Below are positions 1 to 7,875 of a stretch of 31,243 nucleotides of DNA, piece by piece. The notes under the pieces were generated by a model. That model saw only the letters and a program-made list of their open reading frames with translations, did not search any database and was not told the origin of the DNA. This stretch comes from a virus (taxonomy: Duplodnaviria; Heunggongvirae; Uroviricota; Caudoviricetes): positions 1-31,243 of IMG/VR virus record IMGVR_UViG_2585427771_000003. One strand, written 5' to 3'. The stretch's first letter is position 1; each line of letters starts with the position of its first letter. The position numbers were made by a program, and so were the translations under genes.

Positions 1-1143
1 CTATGCTGTTTTGATATCTACGATAATCCAGTCTTTACCACGATCATCATTGTATCGGTCGGTCATTTTTCTGGATTTATGACCTAACAACTTTTGCGTA
101 TCCAGACCCTGTTCCCGATATAACCGTTCTGACAGAGATCGCTGCTCATGAAATGTGGGCGCAGTTCCTGGCTCCCATTTTATGCCACATTTTTCCCTGG
201 CCTTTTTAAAAGCCGTTGTAAGAGTATTTGCAGAAACCTGGTCTCCTCTGTTTGCTTGAGAGGTAGTGTGACGGTAATGGACCAGATATTTACTAACAAC
301 AGCATCCCTGCACTGAGATATAACTTCACGAAGGGTAATATTCAGAGCATCGCATTTCAGGCTAAGCGGAATAGCAAGTTTTGAACCGGTTTTTTCCTGA
401 GTAATGTGCAACATGTCGTCCCATATATCAGAGAATTTCAAATTGCAGATATCGCCTAAACGTTGTCCAGTAACAAGAGCAAGTAGCATGCCGCATTTTA
501 AATAGGGCTGCCGTCTGCTTACGCTTTCAAATATTGCCTGCCATTCGGGCAGTGATAATCTTTGGCGGTTTACTCGATTTCGCGGTTGTTTTGTTGCCTG
601 CGCTGGGTTAAATCCTGGCGGAACATGTCCTGCGTGTTGTGCTTCTTTGAAGACGTCGATCAACACCATTCTCACGACTTGCGCCATCCTGTTATGACCT
701 TCAGCCTTTACAGCATCAATTATTTCGGCAATATCAAGTGCGGTAATATCCTTGAGGTGTTGCATTCCACAATGCTCACGGAAAAGACGAATGGGTTTAC
801 CTTTTTGCCGATAGGAGTTGGGTTTTAGTTCATTATGTTGCAGCCTGTCCTCCTGGATAGAAATATATTTATCAAGCCATTCTGTCACCGTAATGTCTGA
901 ACGCCTGCCTTTCATTCTTTCTAGACGCTCATTGACGCTTAATATTTGTCGGGTACGTTGTTCAGCAATAATGGTATTTGCTTCAGTAGCAACTTGTTTT
1001 GCTTCATTCTCATCAGTTCCTAAGCTATGAAAACGACCGGATAGTGGATGTTTGTATTGCCAATATACCTTTCCGGTTCGCTTATCTAATTTGCAATATA
1101 AATTGGGTATAGAGATTTTGTGAGATCGGGGTCTAGCAGCCAT
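1..1143 (-). CDS. int: Tyrosine integrase, lambda Int family (380 aa)
   Basis: Complete ORF on the - strand ending at window position 1. The N-terminus (RSHKISIPNLYCKLDKRTGKVYW) resembles the lambda Int arm-binding segment, and the C-terminus carries HEQRSLSERLY and LLGHKS...RY motifs matching the lambda Int catalytic region. Its 5' end is overlapped by the excisionase gene, as in lambda. Confidence 0.9.
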   Translation of the reverse strand: MAARPRSHKISIPNLYCKLDKRTGKVYWQYKHPLSGRFHSLGTDENEAKQVATEANTIIAEQRTRQILSVNERLERMKGRRSDITVTEWLDKYISIQEDRLQHNELKPNSYRQKGKPIRLFREHCGMQHLKDITALDIAEIIDAVKAEGHNRMAQVVRMVLIDVFKEAQHAGHVPPGFNPAQATKQPRNRVNRQRLSLPEWQAIFESVSRRQPYLKCGMLLALVTGQRLGDICNLKFSDIWDDMLHITQEKTGSKLAIPLSLKCDALNITLREVISQCRDAVVSKYLVHYRHTTSQANRGDQVSANTLTTAFKKAREKCGIKWEPGTAPTFHEQRSLSERLYREQGLDTQKLLGHKSRKMTDRYNDDRGKDWIIVDIKTA

Positions 1144-1369
1144 CAGCGATTATCCGTTGGAGTTTTGGGTTTGCGTTTATTGGGAGTTGCGGTTCTGCAA
1201 GCGTTCCTACAAAACGGGAATTTCGGTCAATCATCCAGTAGCGACCAACTTTTATAGCGGGTGGGGCCATCATTTTCCCTTGCGCGTATTTTTTCAGAAC
1301 TCGCTCACTTGGTGCTAAGTCCCCAAATTCTTCTTTAGCCCAGTCCTGTAAAGTGATTAGTCGAGACAT
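1133..1369 (-). CDS. xis: Excisionase-like protein (78 aa from internal ATG)
   Basis: ORF 1133..1432 on the - strand. The ATG at 1367-1369 is preceded by a GGAGG Shine-Dalgarno (reverse complement of 1371-1380) and gives MSRLITLQDWAKEEF..., a small basic protein. It overlaps the int start by 11 nt, the typical xis-int arrangement. Confidence 0.7.
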   Translation of the reverse strand: MSRLITLQDWAKEEFGDLAPSERVLKKYAQGKMMAPPAIKVGRYWMIDRNSRFVGTLAEPQLPINANPKLQRIIADGC

Positions 1370-1507
1370 TTGTCCTCCTCTTACTGCTGAGGGAGTTTGT
1401 GACCGATATATCTGACATGATATTAAGCTCATGGCAGGTACATCTCTTGACTGGTCATAGAGATAAATTTAATGCTGAGAAATGCAGTATTGAATTTATC
1501 AATTTTT

Positions 1508-1747
1508 CTATTTCCTGCGTATGGCACGTAACTTCTTAATGTGTTCTGCTGTATCGATCTCTTCGGCTATCCGATCTGCATCAGCTTTATTCACAGGTTC
1601 AAAGTCATGATTAAAGCGGAACATGCTGGCGATACATGTTCTGCCTTTTTGGATGTAGTGAACTTTGTTGTGGGTAGAACGCAGGATTTTGCAGGGAGTG
1701 CCGTGGTGGTCGACGTACCAGGTGTTAGGAAAAATGATTCTGAACAT
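1508..1747 (-). CDS. Hypothetical early-left protein (79 aa)
   Basis: ORF with ATG at 1745-1747 preceded by a GAGGTG Shine-Dalgarno; sits between xis and the TraR-like gene in the same leftward operon. No family recognised. Confidence 0.5.
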   Translation of the reverse strand: MFRIIFPNTWYVDHHGTPCKILRSTHNKVHYIQKGRTCIASMFRFNHDFEPVNKADADRIAEEIDTAEHIKKLRAIRRK

Positions 1748-1794
1748 TTTTACACCTCAGTTGGACGATGTTGAAATTTGCTGCTTTGAGGCCA

Positions 1795-2013
1795 TTACAA
1801 TCCCCATTGTTTGTTCTTAAGTTCGATCTCCTCCTGGCAACTTGCACAAGTCCGACAACCCTGAACGGCCAGGCGTCTTCGCTCATCTATGGGATCGCCA
1901 CACTCACAACAATGAGTGGCAGATATAGCCTGGTGGTTCAGGCGGCGCATTTTTATTGCTGTGTTGCGCTGTAATTCTTCAATTTCTGATGCTGAATCAA
2001 TGATGTCTGCCAT
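1795..2013 (-). CDS. TraR/DksA-family C4 zinc-finger protein (lambda Orf73-like, 72 aa)
   Basis: Translation contains CCECGDPIDERRR...CRTCASCQ, the four-cysteine pattern of TraR/DksA zinc fingers. Position between xis and exo matches the lambda TraR homologue. Confidence 0.75.
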   Translation of the reverse strand: MADIIDSASEIEELQRNTAIKMRRLNHQAISATHCCECGDPIDERRRLAVQGCRTCASCQEEIELKNKQWGL

Positions 2014-2111
2014 CTTCCATTAATCCCTGAATTGTTGGTTAATACGCTTGAGGGTGAATGCGAATAATAGAAAAGGAGCCTGTAGCTCCCTGATGATTTT
2101 GCTTTTCATGT

Positions 2112-2327
2112 TCACCGTTCCTTAAAAACGCCGTTTAACATGCCGATCGCTAGGCTTAAATGAGTCGGTGTGAATCCCATCAGCGTTACCGTTTCGCGGT
2201 GCTTCTTCAGTACGCTACGGCAAATGTCATCGACGTTTTTATCCGGAAACTGCTGTCTGGCTTTTTTGATTTCACAATTAGCCTGACGGGCAATGCTGCG
2301 AAGGGCGTTATTATGTTCTATTGTCAT
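2112..2327 (-). CDS. Hypothetical small protein (71 aa), homologue of a small ORF in the lambda xis-exo interval
   Basis: Internal ATG at 2325-2327 with an upstream GAGG; translation MTIEHNNALRSIARQANCEIKKARQQFPDKNVDDICRSVLKKHRETVTLMGF.... The longer 117-aa reading in the ORF track would overlap the upstream gene and is less likely. Confidence 0.55.
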   Translation of the reverse strand: MTIEHNNALRSIARQANCEIKKARQQFPDKNVDDICRSVLKKHRETVTLMGFTPTHLSLAIGMLNGVFKER

Positions 2328-2334
2328 ATTGGCC

Positions 2335-3087
2335 TCACACTTCGAATGCCAACTGAGGGGTAAAGACGTCCCGTTCAGCGTTGTAATTAAGTGAACTGGC
2401 ACTGTTGAATGATTCAATGCGTTCCACAAGAACTTGCGTACGGGTTTCTTTACTTGCGGGAGCATATGGCGAACCTACCCAGGATTTGTCGATGCCTATA
2501 TTTCTTGCGACGTTCGTGCTGTCTGCAGACGAAAGCGGTACATGAGTAAAAATGTCTTTATTTAACATCCGTAACCCATGAATCTTGGTGATTGGGTAGC
2601 CGTACTGATCTACAACATGACGTATAAGATCGCGTAGTTTAGCCCGACACGCTCTCGGTCGTTTTGCATCGTATCCCCCCATCGAGCCGATGCAGACGCG
2701 GGGAAACTCATGGCACAGACGAATAAATCGCTCATCTGGTTCGTTCATGTGCCACACCGGAGCACCAATAAATTTACCGTGAGGCCATGCCGCAATCAGG
2801 GCGTCATTCTCTTCACTGGTTCCGCCGATAACATCCGGGATAACCGCGAATGAGAAACGAGGGTGATTACCCCAGCGTTCAACAAATCTGTAATATTCAT
2901 TCCAGTCTACGGCCTTGTTTTTTGTCCAGAATGTGAATGCACCATTATCAAGAGCAAATGATTGGGTGACTTCGGAAGCCAGATCAATCTGAGCTGGATT
3001 AGCAAAACTGATGAATGCGTGTCTGCCTTTCCAGGCTTTCAACGCACAGGTATCGGGAGTTATTGGACCACCGTGAAAATGAATCAT
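2335..3087 (-). CDS. TGT-like / DpdA-like TIM-barrel protein (candidate DNA-guanine transglycosylase, 250 aa)
   Basis: Motifs read from the translation align with remembered signature segments of bacterial tRNA-guanine transglycosylase: AFISFAN (cf. IILGNT), LDNGAF (cf. TDSGGF), VIPD (cf. IFDE), CIGSMGG (cf. AVGGL), SSADSTNVARNIG (cf. PTRNARNG). There is no CxCxxC...H zinc-binding tail. The ATG at 3085-3087 is preceded by GGGAGAG. The gene lies immediately upstream of exo in the same operon. Confidence 0.5.
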   Translation of the reverse strand: MIHFHGGPITPDTCALKAWKGRHAFISFANPAQIDLASEVTQSFALDNGAFTFWTKNKAVDWNEYYRFVERWGNHPRFSFAVIPDVIGGTSEENDALIAAWPHGKFIGAPVWHMNEPDERFIRLCHEFPRVCIGSMGGYDAKRPRACRAKLRDLIRHVVDQYGYPITKIHGLRMLNKDIFTHVPLSSADSTNVARNIGIDKSWVGSPYAPASKETRTQVLVERIESFNSASSLNYNAERDVFTPQLAFEV

Positions 3088-3238
3088 ACACTCTCCCGTT
3101 TATTATTTATCTCCTCAGCCAGTCGCTGGGCTTTCAGCGGATTTCGGATAACAGAAGGCCCGGGAAATACCCAGCCTCGCTTTGTAACGGAGTAGACGAA
3201 AGTGATCGCACCTACCCGGATATTATCGTGAGGATGCT

Positions 3239-3919
3239 TCATCGCCATTGCTCCCCAAATACAAAACCAATTTCAGCCAGTGCCTCGTCCATTTTTTCGA
3301 TGAACTCCGGCACCATCTCGTCAAAACTCGCCATGTACTTTTCATCCCGCTCAACCACGACATAATGCAGTCCTTCACGCTTCATACGCGGGTCATAGTT
3401 GGCAAAGTACCAGGCATCTTTTCGCGTCACCCACATGCTGTACTGCACCTGGGCCATGTAAGCTGACTTTATGGCCTCGAAACCACCGAGCCGGAACTTC
3501 ATGAAATCCCGGGAGGTAAACGGGCATTTCAGTTCAAGGCCGTTGCCGTCACTGCATAAACCATCTGGAGAGCAGGCGGTACGCATACTTTCGTCGCGAT
3601 AGATGATCGGTGATTCAGTAACATTCACGCCGGAAGTGAACTCAAACAGGGCTCTGGCGTCGTTCTCGTACTGTTTTCCCCAGGCCAGCGCTTTAGCGTT
3701 AACTTCCGGAGCCACACCGGTGCAAACCTCAGCAAGCAGGGTGTGGAAGTAGGACATTTTCATGTCAGGCCACTTTTTTCCGGAGCGGGGTTTTGCTATT
3801 ACGTTATGAACTTCTGAAGCTGTGATGACGCCGAGCCGTAATTTGTGCCACGCATCATCCCCCTGTTCGACAGCTCTCACGTCGATCCCGGTACGCTGCA
3901 GGATAATGTCCGGTGTCAT
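3239..3919 (-). CDS. exo: Lambda exonuclease (Red-alpha, 226 aa)
   Basis: Translation [44 protein letters not shown]... is essentially the lambda Exo sequence as I remember it. Confidence 0.97.
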   Translation of the reverse strand: MTPDIILQRTGIDVRAVEQGDDAWHKLRLGVITASEVHNVIAKPRSGKKWPDMKMSYFHTLLAEVCTGVAPEVNAKALAWGKQYENDARALFEFTSGVNVTESPIIYRDESMRTACSPDGLCSDGNGLELKCPFTSRDFMKFRLGGFEAIKSAYMAQVQYSMWVTRKDAWYFANYDPRMKREGLHYVVVERDEKYMASFDEMVPEFIEKMDEALAEIGFVFGEQWR

Positions 3920-4701
3920 GCTGCCACCTTCTGCTCTGCGGCTTTCTGTTTCAGGAATCCAAGAGCTTTTACTGCTTCGGCCTGTGTCAGTTCTGACGAT
4001 GCGCGAATGTCGCGGCGAAATATCTGGGAACAGAGCGGCAATAAGTCGTCATCCCATGTTTTATCCAGGGCGATCAGCAGAGTGTTAATCTCCTGCATGC
4101 TTTCATCGTTAACCGGAGTGATGTCGCGTTCCGGCTGACGTTCTGCAGTGTATGCGGTATTTTCGACAATGCGCTCGGCTTCATCCTTGTCATAGATACC
4201 AGCAAATCCGAAGGCCAGACGGGCACACTGAATCATAGCTTTATGCCGTAACATTCGTTTGGGATGCGACTGCCACGGTCCCGTGATTTCTCTGCCTTCG
4301 CGGGTTTTGAATGGTTCGCGGCGGCATTCATCCATCCACTCGGTAACGCAGATCGGATGATTACGGTCCTTGCGGTAAATCCGGCATGTACATGATTCAT
4401 TGTCCTGCTCAAAGTCCATGCCATCAAACTGCTGGTTTTCATTAATGATGCGGGACCAGCCATCAACGCCCACCACAGGAACGATGCCGTTCTGCTTATC
4501 AGGGAAGGCGTAAATTTCTTTCGTCCACGGATTAAGGCCGTACTGGTTGGCGACGATCAGCAATGCGATGAACTGCGCATCGCTGGCATCACCTTTAAAT
4601 GCCGTCTGACGAAGAGTGGTGATCAGTTCCTGTGGGTCGACAGAATCCATGCCGACACGTTCAGCCAGCTTCCCGGCTAGCGTTGCGAGTGCTGTACTCA
4701 T
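3916..4701 (-). CDS. bet: Single-strand annealing protein Beta (Red-beta, 261 aa)
   Basis: Translation [66 protein letters not shown]... matches lambda Bet; its stop overlaps the exo start. Confidence 0.97.
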   Translation of the reverse strand: MSTALATLAGKLAERVGMDSVDPQELITTLRQTAFKGDASDAQFIALLIVANQYGLNPWTKEIYAFPDKQNGIVPVVGVDGWSRIINENQQFDGMDFEQDNESCTCRIYRKDRNHPICVTEWMDECRREPFKTREGREITGPWQSHPKRMLRHKAMIQCARLAFGFAGIYDKDEAERIVENTAYTAERQPERDITPVNDESMQEINTLLIALDKTWDDDLLPLCSQIFRRDIRASSELTQAEAVKALGFLKQKAAEQKVAA

Positions 4702-4706
4702 CCGTT

Positions 4707-5003
4707 TTATACCTCTGAATCAATATCAACATGGTGGTGAGCAATGGTTTCAACCATGTACCGGATGTGTTCTGCCATGCGCTCCTGAAACTCAACATCG
4801 TCATCAAACGCACGGGTAATGGCTTTTTTGCTGGCCCCGCAGCGTTGCAAATGATCGATGCAGAGTGATTCAAACAGGTGCTGTGGAAGACCTTTTTCCA
4901 TGTCGTCTGCCAGTTCTGCCTCTTTCTCTTCACGGGCGATCTGCTGGTAGTGACGCGCCCAGCTTTGAGCCTCAAGACGATCCTGAATGTAATAAGCGTT
5001 CAT
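4707..5003 (-). CDS. gam: Gam RecBCD inhibitor, short form (GamS-like, 98 aa)
   Basis: Translation [54 protein letters not shown]... matches lambda Gam from Met41 onward. Upstream in frame the sequence reads ...FRSSA but reaches a TAA with no ATG, so the long GamL N-terminal extension is not encoded. Confidence 0.9.
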   Translation of the reverse strand: MNAYYIQDRLEAQSWARHYQQIAREEKEAELADDMEKGLPQHLFESLCIDHLQRCGASKKAITRAFDDDVEFQERMAEHIRYMVETIAHHHVDIDSEV

Positions 5004-5078
5004 GGCTGAACTCCTGAAAATGGCTGTGAAAATATCGCCCGCGAAATGCCGGGCTGATTAGGAAAACAGGAAAGGGGA

Positions 5079-5489
5079 TTAGTGATTCAGGCCGTTGCCG
5101 CGCCCGTCGAGAAAAACTTCCACGAGCAAATCACGGGTATAAGTGCGCTCGATGCCGCGATGCAGATAAAGCCGTCCGCGTAAATTAGCTGATGCAGTCC
5201 AGGTACCATCTTTGTGTTTGACCAGCATTCCTGGCATGACCGCACCTCGATTAACGGTCTGCGTTCCGTAATGTTGATGAACCATAAAAACTCCTGCCCG
5301 TAAGCTGGGCTGCTGAACATATAGAGACTTCTGCGCGTATTCAGGCGGTGGATGGCCGCCGGTTGTCATAACTAAGCCGCCTCGTTGAAACGACTGAGGT
5401 ATGAAGTGTTGAGTTGATTTCAGCTGGTCACACCGACGTTCACGCGTCCGCTTCACCCCTCGCACTTCCCGAAGCCTGCTGAAATTCAA
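5079..5489 (-). CDS. Hypothetical basic protein in the N position; possible N-like antiterminator with an arginine-rich N-terminus
   Basis: First ORF downstream of the presumptive pL. The longest reading starts at a TTG (5487-5489) and gives ...[17 protein letters not shown]..., reminiscent of the arginine-rich motifs of lambda and P22 N proteins. An alternative ATG at 5367-5369 would give a 96-aa product lacking that motif. Start codon and function are uncertain. Confidence 0.3.
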   Translation of the reverse strand: MNFSRLREVRGVKRTRERRCDQLKSTQHFIPQSFQRGGLVMTTGGHPPPEYAQKSLYVQQPSLRAGVFMVHQHYGTQTVNRGAVMPGMLVKHKDGTWTASANLRGRLYLHRGIERTYTRDLLVEVFLDGRGNGLNH

Positions 5490-5539
5490 GCTGCGGACCT
5501 AAGCGGTCATCGCAACGGTGAATCAGGTGGTTGCCGTAT

Positions 5540-5660
5540 CGTTGTGTTGTTGCGATGAATTTATTTAAAACTATAGTTGTTTTGTTGTCAACAACAAAAG
5601 TTGTTTTATTGGTTGTTTTAGATGTAACTGGTTGTATTTAGGATGGGTTTATTTTGTGAC
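5540..5660 (-). promoter_or_regulatory. Putative OL/pL early-left control region
   Basis: AT-rich intergenic segment with inverted repeats built from GTTGTT/AACAAC arms (TTGTTGTCAACAACAA, AACAACAAAAGTTGTT, TGGTTGT), related to the ACAACC/GGTTGT half-sites seen in the cI-cro operator region. Position corresponds to OL/pL of lambda. Confidence 0.4.
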
Positions 5661-5732
5661 TTGCATCGCATAGCGATAACTGAAGGGAGATTGTGGTGGT
5701 TTTTTGAACGGTATACGTGATGAGGGGAGGGG

Positions 5733-5761
5733 ATAAAAGAAAACCCGGCACGGTGGCCGGG
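5733..5761 (-). terminator. Rho-independent terminator downstream of the rex-position gene
   Basis: Hairpin CCCGGC-ACGGTG-GCCGGG at 5744-5761, followed on the - strand by a T-rich tract (reverse complement of taaaagaaaa). It starts 6 nt after the stop of the 5767..6720 gene and resembles the terminator that follows rexB in lambda. Confidence 0.7.
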
Positions 5762-5766
5762 TATCT

Positions 5767-6720
5767 TTATTCGAATGGAAGATCTATTTGCCTTTGAGGA
5801 TTCAACTGTTTTTTTACATGCTCAATTTCGAATATGGTTTTTATGGCATCTCCGATCATATATTGAGTTACTTTTAAATCTACAAGTAACATATCACCTT
5901 TAGAAAAATTTAAGGTGTTGTTATCAATATCGCTGATGAATTTCTGGTCTTTTATTTCAGCCAAAAAGCTACTGGCACCATCAGAAAACCGCCACCGGCT
6001 TCCTTCATTGAAGGAAATATTTTTAATTTGAAGGGCTTTCTCTACTGTGTACTCTGAAATTATTGATTCTGCTGGTAGATTGACTTTGAAATAATGTGCT
6101 TCTTGCTTGTTGATCGTCATGAATGTCAAACCATCATCGACAGTAGAGGCAAAGCTGTCAATGCCTTCCTGCTCTAATGGCTTACTTATAACTTCTTGTA
6201 ATGAAGAGCGAAGTTTAATATTTTTATAAAGTTCAATAACGTTACTGTCGTAGATCTCGCTTTCGTCATCAACAAAGACTTCGATGTTGCTATCAGGCAA
6301 ATTGTGTAATTTTTTTATTTTCCTTGGACCTATCCATTTTATCAGTTGAATTAGGCCTTTGCATATTTTTTCTTTAGAACCAGGACAGAGTCCAATAAAA
6401 GCAATCAAATTCGCAGCGGCTGTTGCTGAATCGCCGGATAAAAAATCAACAGCCTGTTTGAACCAAGATGTAGATGAGGCAACCAGATCTATTCCAAATG
6501 AGCCAGCTTTAAATGATGCATTGACTTTTACAGAAACAACAGTCTTGTTTCCGTAGAGAGTTTTACCGGCTTCCTCTAATGCATCTGATAGTGATAGAAG
6601 GGCAGGAGCAAGGTCTCGCACGTTCATTTCATGCGTTTCCAGTGCCGGACCGTCGTATACTATCCTGAACTTCATATCATTGGTTTCCGAATTGTTGCCC
6701 GCATCCATTATGGCATTCAC
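5767..6720 (-). CDS. Unknown 313-317 aa protein in the rexAB position (candidate superinfection-exclusion or anti-phage defence gene)
   Basis: Long ORF directly downstream of cI on the same strand, separated by about 60 nt and closed by a terminator. The DNA is visibly AT-rich compared with the flanking lambda-like genes. Start is ambiguous: GTG at 6720, ATG at 6708 (preceded by AGGTG), or ATG at 6675. No transmembrane segment or recognisable catalytic motif, and no resemblance to RexA or RexB. Confidence 0.6.
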   Translation of the reverse strand: MNAIMDAGNNSETNDMKFRIVYDGPALETHEMNVRDLAPALLSLSDALEEAGKTLYGNKTVVSVKVNASFKAGSFGIDLVASSTSWFKQAVDFLSGDSATAAANLIAFIGLCPGSKEKICKGLIQLIKWIGPRKIKKLHNLPDSNIEVFVDDESEIYDSNVIELYKNIKLRSSLQEVISKPLEQEGIDSFASTVDDGLTFMTINKQEAHYFKVNLPAESIISEYTVEKALQIKNISFNEGSRWRFSDGASSFLAEIKDQKFISDIDNNTLNFSKGDMLLVDLKVTQYMIGDAIKTIFEIEHVKKQLNPQRQIDLPFE

Positions 6721-6781
6721 CTGATCACATATACAGTTAATTTACGATATTGTCTTAAATCTTAAAACTTCTATTGTATGG

Positions 6782-7471
6782 CTACCCATGCTTCCTATAC
6801 GTCTGCGGCATGCTCCCAATAACCTTACCGAAGATGAACACCCGGTTCATCTCGTCTTTCTCGATCGGGTCCCAAGGTGAGTAGCTCTTGTTATCAGAGA
6901 TAACCAGCAGCTTATCCTTCATCATTTGCAGACGCTTTACATGGGCTGTGTCGTCGTACAGAAACGCATAGATACCATCACCGTCGAAAGATTTAACCGT
7001 GATATCAACGAACAGCAGATCACCTGGTTCGATCGTTCCTGACATGCTGTCACCGCGTACGTTAATGATACGGATATTTTCCGCCTTCCTGCCATCGAAC
7101 ATGTGACGAGCATCGTCAAACGAATACTCAACCGAACGTAGAACTTCTACAAACTCACGGTTGATGACTCCCGGCCCGGCACTCACTTCGATATCAAGAA
7201 CGTCAATCTTAAAGTATTTGGAATGGCTGACAGTTGTTTGTATTGGTTGCACTGTACTGTCTGACATATTTCCAACGCCAGAAGATAACCATTCTGCGCG
7301 CACACCCAAAGCGTTCGCGATCTCCACGATTTTAGTTGTTTGGTTAGCTTTCCCTGTTTCGATTTTCTGAATAGCTGCTTGGCTAACCCCGACCAAATCC
7401 CCAAGCGCCTTTTGTGTAAGGCCTCGCGCTAATCTGGCTTCTTTAAGTCTTTCTGAGAGTGTTGTTTTCAT
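6782..7471 (-). CDS. cI: CI-like prophage repressor (HTH_XRE N-terminal domain plus LexA/S24-like C-terminal domain, 229 aa)
   Basis: From the ATG at 7469-7471: MKTTLSERLKEARLARGLTQKALGDLVGVSQAAIQKIETGK (helix-turn-helix), with a C-terminal GDSM...K segment typical of self-cleaving S24 repressors. Divergent from cro. No Shine-Dalgarno precedes the ATG, consistent with a leaderless pRM transcript as in lambda. Confidence 0.85.
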   Translation of the reverse strand: MKTTLSERLKEARLARGLTQKALGDLVGVSQAAIQKIETGKANQTTKIVEIANALGVRAEWLSSGVGNMSDSTVQPIQTTVSHSKYFKIDVLDIEVSAGPGVINREFVEVLRSVEYSFDDARHMFDGRKAENIRIINVRGDSMSGTIEPGDLLFVDITVKSFDGDGIYAFLYDDTAHVKRLQMMKDKLLVISDNKSYSPWDPIEKDEMNRVFIFGKVIGSMPQTYRKHG

Positions 7472-7575
7472 AGTCCAAATGTACAACCAAGGTTTTATTT
7501 CATCAAACGAAAATGGTTGTTGACTAAAAACAACCATGGTTTTAATCTTGATTCAAATTAACCACGGAGGTTGTT
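7472..7575. promoter_or_regulatory. OR operator region with divergent pRM/pR promoters
   Basis: Intergenic region between cI and cro containing ACAACCAAGGTT (7483-7494), the inverted repeat GGTTGTT-N7-AACAACC (7515-7535) and the perfect palindrome AACCATGGTT (7532-7541). TTGACT at 7520-7525 is a plausible pR -35; the -10 could not be placed confidently. Confidence 0.6.
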
Positions 7576-7806
7576 ATGAACCCAGCCATCAAAACAGCGA
7601 TCAATATCGTTGGTTCACAAAAGAAACTAGGCGCTGCCTGCGAAGTTTCACAGCAGGCCGTCTATAAGTGGCTTCACAACAAAGCAAAGGTATCCCCTGA
7701 ACATGTCGGCAGCATTGTTACGGCTACTGGTGGAGTAGTGAAGGCATACCAGATTCGCCCGGATCTTCCGAAGTTGTTTCCACACACTGAAAAGAACGCA
7801 GCTTAA
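7576..7806 (+). CDS. cro: Cro-like HTH regulator (76 aa)
   Basis: Small ORF divergent from cI, with GGAGG 6 nt upstream of the ATG; translation MNPAIKTAINIVGSQKKLGAACEVSQQAVYKW is helix-turn-helix-like. Confidence 0.7.
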   Translation: MNPAIKTAINIVGSQKKLGAACEVSQQAVYKWLHNKAKVSPEHVGSIVTATGGVVKAYQIRPDLPKLFPHTEKNAA

Positions 7807-7875
7807 ATTTCCATTTCACGCTCTTTAACAATAAGCAATCAACTTAACAGTCAATTCAAACTAAAGGAGTCAATT

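Noticed and set aside
2112-2465. The 117-aa long form of the small ORF
   Set aside because: The long form would overlap the 3' end of the TGT-like gene by about 130 nt; the internal ATG at 2325-2327 has an upstream GAGG and gives a compact 71-aa gene.
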